The notes beneath the pieces were generated by a model, which was not told where the DNA came from, made no database searches, and saw only the letters and a list, made by a program, of their open reading frames with translations. DNA of 63,982 nt, counting the filler, from Octopus bimaculoides (taxonomy: Eukaryota), in the NCBI RefSeq assembly GCF_001194135.2. It is 6 parts of 5 records of this genome, joined end to end, with 100 filler letters (N's around TTAATTAATTAA, not from the genome) between each part and the next. Parts side by side here need not be neighbours in the genome. Positions count along the whole stretch, not along the records: positions 1 to 22,107 come from NC_068997.1; positions 22,208 to 31,318 come from NC_068993.1; 4 more parts are not named here. The stretch is one strand, 5' to 3'. The translations under genes were made by a program, and so were the position numbers. Shown piece by piece: positions 10,306-23,420 of this stretch (its first letter is position 1; each line of letters starts with the position of its first letter).

Positions 10306-11671
10306 TTGTTCTCTACAAAAGTATAGAACAACGCGTCAGATTAATGTAAAATATATATATGCATGTGTGCATACATAAATATACATGCATAGATATATTC
10401 ATACACACACACACACACATGCATACAAACTTATATATGCATACAAACATAACTATACACATATATCAACACACACACACATATATATACATACATATAT
10501 ATATATATATATATATGAAATATGCATGTGTAGGATTGTGTCTGTTTGTGTGTGTGTGTGTGTGCGCGCGCTATTGATATTGTTAATATTTTTTCGGTGT
10601 ATTGTAACTGAAAGTAAGAAAAAATTCCCAGGTTTATAAGATAAATGTTAAAGCCTACTGGTGTACGTCATGTGACCTGCACCAAAGTAATTCATACATA
10701 TCCATGATAACCACGTAAAAACATTTCCACTGCACTCATCTAAGGAGATCAATGCACAGGCATTGGCTGTTTTCTTAATAAACTTAATCCGATCCTGAAG
10801 TAAAGAAAAAGAGCAAATTTTAGAATATGTGGACTCTTCCAGCCATCGACGTTGTCACTCCAACTCATTCCTTATGAGGTTCAAACCTACATTTCTCAGT
10901 AAGATATATTAAGAAACGGGCGCCTGATTACAAAATATTTCACACTGAAGTTTCTACCAACATGCTTGACTAACCATGCAGCTATAAAGGTGAGTAAGCA
11001 GTAGTCATATCCGAAACATGACTAGCCCTAACGACTGTAGGTGCAGAGAAGTGAACATTAACCTCACCCTTCTGCTAGCTGCATGATCGGTGATGCAAGT
11101 TAGGGAAGTTACTCAGTTTTAATTATGCTCTAGTTCGTACTTCAACAATAAAGTTACCAGTTCACCATTATCCTAGTTTTCCCGGCCGTTTAACATAACC
11201 AGCAAGCAATTTAGAACCTTATGTACGTAAACATGAGAAATCAGTTTAGAACATATATCAAATCGCATTAACAAACCAGCGAAATTACTTATAATCCGAT
11301 GTTCCCTCCAGACACCGCTTTGCAGGGTTGCGGTCAGTTATATCGAGTTCAATACTTGATTTTGTACGCATTTTATCGATCTTCATCATTGAACGGTAAA
11401 TCCGTCAGTTGTGTTACGGCTTTTCGAGGCGTTGTATCTCTGTTAGTGAGGTAAATTTACACTAATTTACATACATGCAGACAGGTATGTATAAATATGT
11501 GTGTATGTATATATGTATATGTGTACGCGCATGTATATGTATATGAATATAAGTATGTATGCATATGTAGAGAGAGAGAGTGAAAGAAAGGGTGAGAGGG
11601 CATACATATTGATACACATCTATACATACATGCATTCTTACACACACATGTATGTATGAGTGTAAACTAGC

Positions 11672-11740
<69 letters not shown>

Positions 11741-11806
11741 NNNNNNNNNNNNNNNNNNNNNNNNNNNNNNNNNNNNNNNNNNNNNNNNNNNNNNNNNNNN
11801 NNNNNC

Positions 11807-11865
<59 letters not shown>

Positions 11866-12729
11866 ATATATTATCTACATATGTGTGTGTGTATGTATGT
11901 ACGTATGTATGTACGTATGTATGTATGTGCGTATGTATGTATGTATGTATGTTTGTATGTATGTATCTCCGACGGGCTTCATGTATATGTGTAGTATTTT
12001 AAATCTCTTGCTTTCGAGATCCCCCAAAAAATGGAAGGAAAAATTGCCTTGAACTCAGAATAAAACGAGCAATAAATGATATTCTGAAATATCAGTTGGT
12101 AGCCTGAAAACTGATCCTGACTGTAACAATTACAAGAGCAAGGGGACGGTTGATTTTTTTTTACTTTGATAGACAATAATTATTCCTCTTCTTCTTTCTC
12201 TTTCTTTCTCCCTCTCTCCCCTTCTCGTTCAGCCTTGTATTATATGACTTGTGTCTCAGCTTGAGCAATGGACTATTGTCACTGCTGTCTTTATAATACC
12301 CAGATAAGTATAGCTTTTAACCATATGTCTGTCTAGACGGAACACTCCTCTGAAAAGATGGGGAGAAATACTGGTTTGAACAGCGCCGTAAGAGCAACGT
12401 ATCTTGCTAGATATCTTTTACTTCTACAACATAACCTTGAGTGTACACATGATAAATGCAGATGCTGTGTATATGTGTGTGTGTGTGTGTGTAGGTGTGG
12501 GTGTGTGCGTGGGTGAGTGTGTGGGTGTGTGTGTACACGATGACGTATGATGTTTCCCAATTAGTGTGACTGTAGTAATTAAGTCTGCTGTTAGAATACT
12601 GGAGAATATATACGATATTAGGAAAATAAATAATTGAGAAATGACTTCCCATTGGCAAACATTTTAAAGGCATTTCAAAGGGTTTATTCATTTTAAAAGA
12701 CAAGATTATTTACTAAGAAGAAAAAAAAG

Positions 12730-12788
<59 letters not shown>

Positions 12789-13609
12789 AGGAAACTGTGA
12801 TGACAGACGCATGTGATTCCATTTGGAATAATGTTGACTCCGTTCAGTTGGAATAAGCTTGCTAAAAGGTTTCAGTTTAACTTGGATGGACATGTCTAAA
12901 CAAATGAAACCATATTAAAATTGAGAGGCCGGAGGTTGAAAAGTTTGTTTTTAATAAACATCCGTACACTTTAGAAGTTAAGAGGAAACTCAATAATTTA
13001 ACTCTCTTTAAATATTTTCTTTCCACAATTTTGTATTTCCAAGGTTTTAAGTTAAGTGTCATGCAACGTTGGTTTCTTCCGTACATACGTACTGGATGTT
13101 ATTTTCAAAGTTGCTAAATAACCACCATAGGTAAAATTATATATTTTTTCTTCTTCTTTAAGCTGTTCTGAGCTTAAATTTCGCAAAAGCTATAATGGAC
13201 TATTTTTTTGTTACGCATGAGTTCGATTCGCAGAACTGGTGATGCGTTGTATTTTCGATTAAAACACTTTATTTGACTATATTTCAGTCCTCTCGGCTAA
13301 AACTAAGTACCAGCAACAGCTGGAGTTTAACCCAGCGGCGGGCTGACCTCCCGTTCGGAGACGGTATGAGTTCTGTACTCACTGTCGCTTAAACGTTATA
13401 GAAACCAGAATAAGTTTCGGTTTAATGGGCCCCAAAATCATGAGATAAAATTTAGTTGAAAATAAATAATATTGACGAGATTTATATGTAATAAGTTAAG
13501 CAATACTAGAAACTCCGCATAGTAACCCATATATATCACAAACATATTAAAAACTGGTTGACTTTGTCATGTAATGGTTGTTTAACATAATTTGAGCGTG
13601 AAACCTGTA

Positions 13610-13860
13610 TTATCACAAACGGACAATATCATTTTAGATATATTTCACTAAAACATATTACCAGTAGCGGATTATATTTTTTGGAGATATTATACTAAAA
13701 TATATATTCTCACTAACGAATTATATTATTTTAAATATATTTCACTAAAGCATATATTATTACTATCGAACTAAATCATCTCGAATATACTCGTATTTCA
13801 TTAAGACATATATTATCATTGACAGACTATATCATTTTAAATATACATCACTCCAGTATG
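13610..13860 (+). repeat. AT-rich minisatellite, about 5 units of about 50 bp
   Basis: Recurring tatattattttaaatatatttcactaaagcatatat-like unit. Confidence 0.65.
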
Positions 13861-13898
13861 TAGTATAATTTTGTTCCTGTGGGTACTCTAATATTTAT

Positions 13899-14165
13899 GT
13901 TAGTAAGAAAGTTTACTTGGCAACCACGAAGTTCTGGGTATGGTCCCACAGCTGGTCGTTATGTACTCGTGTCTTTTCCCATAAATTTGAGTTGACCAAA
14001 TTCTTGTTAAAGACATTGGTTTGAAGGAAACAGAACGGCAGGCTGTCGGACGGGGTTATTCCACTGATTCAAAAGCCCAGTTTTTATCATATGCTGTGTC
14101 ACGCTGATTCTGCCTGAGGACTGCGTTCAGGATACTCGGGTCTGTGGTATACTCAGTTACTCAGA
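13899..14165 (+). mobile_element. Old SINE, family A-like head with family B2-like body
   Basis: gtaagaaagtttacttggcaaccacgaagttctgggtatggtcccac resembles the A head; tgtgtcacgctgattctgcctgaggactgcgttcaggatactcgggtctgtggtatactcag resembles the body of 39021-39413. Confidence 0.5.
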
Positions 14166-14795
14166 AGTTAATTAAATGAACAGACCATTCATTGTTCGAA
14201 CAACTAAAAATAGATTTATTTTACTCCTTATGCATGTATATGTACACATACATACAAACATATATNNNNNNNNNNNNNNNNNNNNNNNNNNNNNNNNNNN
14301 NNNNNNNNNNNNNNNNNNNNNNNNNNNNNNNNNNNNNNNNNNNNNNNNNNNNNNNNNNNNNNNNNNNNNNNNNNNNNNNNNNNNNNNNNNNNNNNNNNNN
14401 NNNNNNNNNNNNNNNNNNNNNNNNNNNNNNNNNNNNNNNNNNNNNNNNNNNNNNNNNNNNNNNNNNNNNNNNNNNNNNNNNNNNNNNNNNNNNNNNNNNN
14501 NNNNNNNNNNNNNNNNNNNNNNNNNNNNNNNNNNNNNNNNNNNNNNNNNNNNNNNNNNNNNNNNNNNNNNNNNNNNNNNNNNNNNNNNNNNNNNNNNNNN
14601 NNNNNNNNNNNNNNNNNNNNNNNNNNNNNNNNNNNNNNNNNNNNNNNNNNNNNNNNNNNNNNNNNNNNNNNNNNNNNNNNNNNNNNNNNNNNNNNNNNNN
14701 NNNNNNNNNNNNNNNNNNNNNNNNNNNNNNNNNNNNNNNNNNNNNNNNNNNNNNNNNNNNNNNNNNNNNNNNNNNNNNNNNNNNNNNNNNNNNNN

Positions 14796-14839
<44 letters not shown>

Positions 14840-15060
14840 CATACATGTATACATACAAATGTACGCATCTATTTATCTAGAATCTCTCTCTTTCTGATTA
14901 TATATATGCAAGCTAATGCACATATATCGATGTATATGTGTGTGTACGCGTATACATATGTATGGGTGTGTATATATATTGTATATTGTTCCATAATTAT
15001 ATGTGTATATGGGCATGTGAATCATGGACCTGTGTTCCGTGCAAGCGTGTGCACGTGTGC

Positions 15061-15099
<39 letters not shown>

Positions 15100-15612
15100 T
15101 GTGAGTGTGTCTATGACAATTGGACGTGTGTGTGTTTGTGTTTGTGTGTGTGACAATTGGACACAAATTAAAAAAAGAATTAAAACATTGCACAGAAATC
15201 GCTAAGTAAGTCTTGGCAGTGGTTTCGACATGACACAGGAAATGCTTCCTCGACAGCAGTGGACATATACCAGCAAAAACCTAATTCTGCATAAGAAATT
15301 ATTTATTTTGTTGTTTTTTTTCCAGTTTGCAAGTTAATACTTTTATAAGTAAATATCTACACAAGCGAAGGTCGTAAGCAAAGTAAAGCTACAGACGTAT
15401 GTTTACTAATGCCTCTGTATAGTCAACTTGGACATTGTAATCACACATAGAGACACTACAAATACGTGCATCACGGCAGTGTCTTGAGCACTTTTAGCTT
15501 AGTGTCCGCCAAAGAAAAAAAAAAGAAATCATACACGAACAAACAACTTACTGGCCTAGAACTATCTGTGTTTGTATGTATGTGTGTGTATGTGTGTATG
15601 TATGTATGTATG

Positions 15613-15708
<96 letters not shown>

Positions 15709-15854
15709 TATACACAAACATATATATTCAATACATTCATATACATACACATACACGCATATATATATGCATTTGTATAAGTGTGAGTGTGTGCATAAAT
15801 ATATATATACATATATATTTTATACATGTATATACATTCACACACAGACGCACA

Positions 15855-15910
<56 letters not shown>

Positions 15911-17023
15911 CCTGCATTACCACATACACATGTGTGTATAAGTATTTATATAATGTCTTTGTGTATATGTATATATATTAAGAAAGAGAGAGAGAGTGTG
16001 TGTCTGTGTGTCTGTGTGTCTGTGTGTGTGTGTATGTATGTGCAGGAGTATAGTCATCTATATATGCATGGGTTTGCGTCTTGTGATGCCATTATTTTCA
16101 TGTAGAATCTAAATAGATCCGCTATGCATCATGTGACTTCGCAAATTTCAGTGGCAGTAGTTGTGATCCTAGATAAACTGAAATCTAATGAAGACTATGT
16201 AATCCCTTCCTCATGGCAACACTTCCATGCCAAGTGACAATTATTATATTGCCATTAAACATCTCAACATGGCGAATGTTATACTATGTTTCATCACGAA
16301 AATAGTTAACATGTAGAAACATATTTCAACCCCACAGATACAGTTGCAGCCCCGTTGATGGGGGAATCTATTATAACATTCACCAATTCGGCTTTCTAAT
16401 AAGGGCTACGGTTAAGAATCTCGTTTCGCATTTACGTCTTTTCGGTTTTAATCCCAGGGTCAACCAAAGCGTCGTGATTAAAATTTCGTGGGCTGAAACT
16501 GTTGAGGGGCTGTTCGTGTCTCTTGGGGTGATAATGTGTCATGATATTGAGCAACCCTTCCTGTCCCTTCCGATGCCTTTAAGGAAACCCATTCTGGTGC
16601 AAGCGTCGGATGAAATCTCCTGTCTGAGGATAACTTCCTCTCACCAATCTCGAAAGTCCTAGATAAGATTATGGGCGTCACATTTCCTCTTCTGACTAAG
16701 ACATAATATTTTCTTTAAGATCTTGCTCTATACACTCTGACTCATTTCTTAAAACCCTTGTCCTGTACACGTCTTCATATATATCATGATGTTGTCTTAG
16801 TTTTCTTCGATATGTGGCACAAATGTGTAACAACATAGTTTATCAAAATATTCTACTTCAAAATATTCAATTATTAACTTACATGAGTCCATGTATGTCT
16901 ATGTATGTGTGTGTGTATGTATGTATGTATGTATTTATGTATGTATGTATGTATGTATGTATGTATGTAGGTAGGTAGGTAGGTATGCATGCATGCATGT
17001 ATCTATGCTTATATGTATGTATC

Positions 17024-17107
<84 letters not shown>

Positions 17108-17439
17108 CTTTTTTTCTTTTTAATTTTAGAGTAAATTTTGACCGGCCACTTTTGACTTGGAGCAAGGTTGTGAGGTTAATCATCTTGTTTCAACCATCGT
17201 CCTTTAAATCTTAAATCTTAATAAGGTCTTGTAGATTTTTAAAGTCCCGGATGTCGTGATTATTTGTAGCGTTTGAATTAAGGATTTGCGTTCTCTCCCG
17301 GAAGATCTCAAATTCAGCTATACTTTGCTCCAGACGGGTTGGTATGTAGGTTGGTATGTAACTTATTGCTCTAATAATAAGTATGAAACTGAGAGTGTAT
17401 CTTGGATTATGTATGTATGTATGTATGTATGTATGTATG

Positions 17440-17498
<59 letters not shown>

Positions 17499-18999
17499 GG
17501 CCGCGACTTGTATGCGGGTAATGATTTGGTAATAAGTCCTGTCTTTCGCTGATTGTTTCACGAGTTTATATAGTTGCGAGCGGATGTAAGTATCTTCTCT
17601 GCCCTCCCATCCATGGCCCAGCGTCAAAACTAAAAATTGATCCGTGATGAAATAAACCTGTTATAAATTATTTCATAAGATATTTACAGATGGTTATCTA
17701 AAATTGAATAAAACCAAACTATACTACTGTACAAGTGTTTCCCAGTGGGATGTAACTACATAGCTGATGCTTTTGCTATTCAAGCACAGCTCAGGTACAT
17801 TCGATCAGATCAATGATCAAAGACATTCTACCTGTATTAATCCCGTATTATTATTTTGTGTTCAGAAACAGGATAATTAGGACTCTTGAGCCTTCCTCGT
17901 TGGATTATTTAAATTCAACTTTGATAGTAGGATCATTGAAGCTGTTCGTGTAAATATCAAGTTGTCAACGTTGATTGATAAGTACGCGAATCACACGCAA
18001 ATCAAACTGTCTACAACATATATTGAAATTGTGTTGTAAACTGAACTTCTCTGTGAACTCAATTCTCATCCTCACAACTCAGCCAGGGTCAATAATAATT
18101 TTTTTCGCTGCATTTGAGTATTCTCTGTCGCCATCCAATTCCTTTATTACGAACCCGAATTAGGAGCTTGAGTCATGCTAAATTTTTCATTAGCAAATTG
18201 ATTACACAGCCATGGCCGCCACCCCTATGGATGCATTGCAGTTACTCTCTTGAGCTTGGCGATCCTGACCATTGATCTTTTAGGATTCCTCCGCTCAGCA
18301 TCAATATTGAAGCACCTTGGCCTCAGTTGATCTCTTCTGCTACCTCTTCACAATCCACCATGCTGCAATCCCATGACTTCACCGTATCCCTGGCAGGATG
18401 ACTGAAAGGGGGTTATACCTTACCAAATGGCAGTCCGTAACTTTGCAGGATACTGACGTCACTCTTTGGGGTATTTTCAAATACCCGCCTACCCGCAAGT
18501 AATAATCTACTTGATACTCAGTTCTAAATCACTTCCAATGAGTTGTTATATTTAATATAAAGCTATATACGCTTTTTGTACATAAACTTACTCTGCAATG
18601 GAGTATATGTTACATAAGGCTTTGTGAATATTATTATTCACTCTACACTAATTCATTCCACAATTCTTAATCTTGGGAATTATGCCAGTCTGAAACGTTT
18701 TTTAATAAAAAAAATAAAGATAAAAAATAACATTGGATGTTAATACAACACAGAAAATAAACGTAACTTTCCAAGAAGTTTGTTGGAGGAATCGATAGAA
18801 ATATAAAATGAGTCAGTTTAACGAAGAATTTCACTGGAAAAGAAACAGTGTCATCACTATAATCTAAACTTGGTATTTTAATGATACCATTGCTTGGTTG
18901 ATGCCACTTTTCCCTTTACGTAGAACCCTTACTCTGTGTGTTCTTATTTCTATTCATTTACATCCATCTATATTTCTGTATTTCTTTATAGATCAGACT

Positions 19000-19405
19000 A
19001 TTGGTTGTTGTTGCACACCGCTCGTCACAATGCGTTTCCAATTCTCACTTGATTGTACCTTTTCTTTCACCATTTTGACCCAAATCGTTTTGACTAATTT
19101 GTCTTCCCATCGTCGTTGATCCTTCCAAGTGGCCTTCCCTAATCTCTTCGATTCCACTTGTACAGCTCGACTTGTTTTCTGTGAACCTTGTTACATGTTT
19201 GCTCAGCGGAACTTTTTATTTTTGGTATTCTGCGACTCGGTTGCTCATTCTGCTTTTCTCTTGAATTACTTCAATTGGGTTACGTTCTCGCAATGAAATA
19301 CCAAGCATAGATCTTTCTGTGGCCCTTTGTATCGTAGCCAATCCATGTTGTTTCTTCTTCACTGTATCCCACATCTCACTTGCATATAAATTCGATTGAT
19401 TCGCT
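19000..19405 (-). mobile_element. RTE-clade LINE, degraded 3' fragment
   Basis: Minus translation LYASEMWDTVKKKQHGLATIQRATERSMLGISLRER...HVTR matches RTE C-terminal motifs. Confidence 0.75.
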
Positions 19406-19670
19406 ATAATAATAAAAATAAATGCGCCCTTTTAAAGCCCAGCCAGGCTCATGGGCCCGGTTTTCTGGTTTCAATGGCGTATGTGTTCCCCAGCTGGACG
19501 GGACGCCAGTCCATCGCAGCGTTAGTCATTTTTGCCAGCTGAGTGGACTGGAGCAACGTGAAATGAAGTGTTTTGCTCAAGAACACAACGCGTCGCCCGG
19601 TCCAGGAATCGAAACCACAATCTTACGATCCTGGTGCTGACACCCTAACCACTAGGCCACACGCCTCCAC
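19406..19670 (-). mobile_element. tRNA-derived SINE family B1, full length
   Basis: gtggaggcgtgtggcctagtggttagggtg (box A), ggtttcgattcc (box B), ttgagcaaaacacttcatttcacgttgctcc, gcgatggactggcgtcccgtccag, T-rich tail. Confidence 0.9.
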
Positions 19671-19757
19671 ATTGATTTGCTATACTGTGTCCTTCTTTTT
19701 AGTACAATGAATATTCTATCAACTATTGATAATATTTTTCTAAAATATATACAACTC

Positions 19758-19790
<33 letters not shown>

Positions 19791-20032
19791 TGTATGTATG
19801 TATGTATGTATNNNNNNNNNNATGTATGTATGTATGTATGTATGTATGTATGTATGTATGTATGTATGTATGTATGTATGTGTGAGTATGTATGTAATGT
19901 ATGTGTGTCATTACTCAGTTTTATTTCAAGATTTCTTGCCAATAGAGAGAAGAGCCGGTTTCTAACCTAGGTCCCAAACTCCTTCCTTGGTATTTTAACA
20001 GCATCAACAGATATTTTTTGTATGTATGTATG

Positions 20033-20096
<64 letters not shown>

Positions 20097-20683
20097 CGTA
20101 CGTATGTATATGTGCAGATGTGTATGTTTTGTTTTATCGATGTATTCTCGTGCATACAGTTGCATGTCTAGACATGCTCATATATATTTAAATGATAAAC
20201 TTCTGGAAAGTTTTACAGATTTTTACAGTTCTAGTGATGGCTTGGATCTGTAGTCTTCGAATCAGCTTTCTCCTTTCTCCTTTCTCCTAGTCCGAGTGTT
20301 CCATGGTTTTGAAGGGTATGGAACCACATCTTAACCATTATTATTCCCAAATTGACCCTGTCCCAGAGTATTAGTACCTGTTAGGGTCCAAGTTAAAGGT
20401 TAATTAGCATTTGAACCAGTAGGAGAACTAAACTCGTATAAAAAAATCCTGAAATGCAGTCGGCTTCTGATCAACTTCTGTTGTATCGCTGGCTTTAGAG
20501 ATGATTGCGCTAAAAAAAATGGATTCAGTTTTGTGCAACACTTTATTCACACAAAACAAATTGATGGACAGGAACTTATCGGACTCTCGGAAGTTTGCAC
20601 GGATTTACTGAGTGTAGGAAGTGGTCTTACTCGGTCACGAGTTAACTTCCACCATGTATGTGCACTATTATATTTAGCACTTT

Positions 20684-20865
20684 CGTGTACACTCTGACGT
20701 GGAAGGGTCTTCGCTGAGAAAACTGTCTCAGGAGGAAATACTTTTAATAAACATTATGTGTGTTATTCATAGCCCAGTGGTGTATTTTCACACATATCTA
20801 TTTGGAGAATTGTCTTCCGAGACAGTTTCCGCAGCGAAAGTCTTTCCAAGTCCAAAGTGTACACG
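20684..20865. repeat. Fold-back / MITE-like palindrome (about 180 bp)
   Basis: cgtgtacactctgacgtggaagggtcttcgctgagaaaactgtctcagga pairs with tcttccgagacagtttccgcagcgaaagtctttccaagtccaaagtgtacacg. Confidence 0.8.
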
Positions 20866-20951
20866 ATCTCTTCAAATGTAATCGTACCCATATGTTTCTA
20901 TCAACACAGCTTCGAGTGCTTCTAGTTAACACAAACACGCACACACGCACG

Positions 20952-21034
<83 letters not shown>

Positions 21035-21049
21035 GTGTGTATGTATGTA

Positions 21050-21335
21050 GTGAGTTCCAACAAGAAAAACGACAAAAAAACAACAAGAAACAACAACGCG
21101 AGGACGTGATACAGATATTGTGTTACTGGACGCTCAGGAAAGGAAAAAAAGAGAATTTGACGTTTCGAGCGGAGCTTTTCATCGGAAATATAGGAAAGTC
21201 CAAAGAAGGGAAGACGGAGGAAATGTATGTATGCGTGGGTGTGTTGTTTGTGCGTGTGTATCGAAAGATATTCACAACAAACCTACGAATCATAGATCAT
21301 ATATTGAAATGCTAAAGGGGTTTCTGAATTATTAG
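21050..21335 (-). mobile_element. Penelope-like terminal repeat (pLTR) remnant
   Basis: Pyrimidine-rich minus-strand tract carrying a hammerhead motif followed by T-rich sequence; boundaries approximate. Confidence 0.55.
21155..21189 (-). ncRNA. Degenerate minimal hammerhead ribozyme
   Basis: attt-CCGATGA-aaAGC-tcc-GCTc-GAAAC-GTC-aaat: stem I ATTT/AAAT, ACGT stem III, GUC triplet; core carries U>C and stem II one mismatch. Confidence 0.65.
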
Positions 21336-22074
21336 GTGCATTCGGAGGGAAGGAGTAGAATCGAATGTTTCGATATCAGGAGATTGCTTTTATTTTATTT
21401 TTGTTTTGTTTTTTATCGAGTCCTCCGGAGCAATGTAAGTGACAATTGAATCCTGTAAAATGTGAACCCAAGACCTTCAGGAACGCAAGATAGTTTTGTT
21501 TAGTGATTCACCGTTTCTGCTCTTCCATCACTTTTAACTGGTATGACAATATCACAATGTCACTATTATTTCCATTTTATTTTTCAGTAGCAAGAAAGAA
21601 GAAATAAACGAAAAAAATACAATTAAAATATTAAAATTTCAGTAATACAACGAAATATTAGATAAAGAAAACTACAAACTGAAGCGGTAAAAATATAACT
21701 GAGAACAACGAAAACGGCAGACAAAAATTTTAAGCTAACAGAAAAATGAAAAAAAAAAATAACATCTTTCAAAGCATGAGAAACGTAAAAGAAAATAATA
21801 GAGAAATACTTCTTAAAATATGAAGACGAACGAAAAAATATCAAGAAGGCAAAAGAAATTCATGAAAAAAATATATATTAGGTTTTGCAACATTTAGAAG
21901 GGAAAGAAATGTCGAAGTAAGAGCACGTAATTGTTCCTTTAAAAACATTGTCACGAACTTCAATGTGTTTGTTTTGTGATATCAAATTGTCTGTTCGATA
22001 TGTTTTTAGCTTTTATATATATATATATATACATACCTATATATATGTATATATATGTGTGTGTGTATGTATGT

Positions 22075-22105
<31 letters not shown>

Positions 22106-22151
22106 TANNNNNNNNNNNNNNNNNNNNNNNNNNNNNNNNNNNNNNNNNNNN

Positions 22152-22163
22152 TTAATTAATTAA
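22152..22163. other. Artificial TTAATTAATTAA linker inside N gaps
   Basis: The identical palindromic 12-mer, with stops in all six frames, is embedded in Ns here and at 31363, 44244, 54331 and 60279. Confidence 0.9.
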
Positions 22164-22207
22164 NNNNNNNNNNNNNNNNNNNNNNNNNNNNNNNNNNNNN
22201 NNNNNNN

Positions 22208-22740
22208 ATATATATATATATATGAATATGTATATATCGATATATATATATATGTATATATTTAATATAAATATGTGTATATCAATATATATACATATAT
22301 GTATGTGTTATTATGTATATATTTATATATGCATATGTCTAAATATTCATAGGTGTAAATATATTGCTTGTGCATAAAGCATGTTATATTCGGAATATAT
22401 TTTACATTACTATACTAATAATGTCACATATGTACATACATACATAGATACACACATACAAACATATATACATACATGCATGCATGCATGCATGCACGCA
22501 TGCGTACATACATACATACATACATACATGCATACATACATAACTCCACACACATACGCACACACATATGTATGTATATATACGTATATACATATAGTTT
22601 GTTCTTCAAAATTAAGTTTGCTTATGCATGTATTCACATAGATATATGTGTGTGCATATATGTACGTATGCACACACACACACACACATATATATATAAG
22701 TATATATATATACATACATACATGCATATATATATATCAT

Positions 22741-22810
<70 letters not shown>

Positions 22811-23087
22811 AAGATACAGCCGGGTGTATATATATATGTATGATTTCTTTTATATATATGTATATATACACTTATACATCTGTATTTATATATATTTATA
22901 TAAGTATATATATAGTTATATTTATATATGCATGTATATATGTATGTATATATGTATATTTATAAATATATACATTTATATATATATATAAAATCTCTCT
23001 GAGAGATTTAGAAATATTATATTTCTATATTATATATATTATATATATATATTGATATACATATATATGTAGATATATATACATATG

Positions 23088-23120
<33 letters not shown>

Positions 23121-23233
23121 ATATATATATACATATCCCTACGTTTATACGTAGATTTATATATATTTGTATATATATATTTATTATATATATATATATA
23201 TATATATAAATGTTTTTCATATATACATGTATA

Positions 23234-23273
<40 letters not shown>

Positions 23274-23386
23274 AATGCATACATATATATACATAGATAT
23301 ATGCATGCATATATATATACATATATATATGCGCAGATATATACAGACATACATTTGTGTATATATATATATGTACACCCCCCCCC

Positions 23387-23417
<31 letters not shown>

Positions 23418-23420
23418 GGT
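22208..23420. repeat. Compound (TA)n/(TACA)n microsatellite field
   Basis: Nearly continuous TA-type repeats; similar fields flank most N gaps. Confidence 0.95.

Noticed and set aside
22152-22163. Recurrent TTAATTAATTAA as a biological motif
   Set aside because: Always isolated within Ns; an artificial six-frame stop linker. Adjacency across these gaps is unproven.
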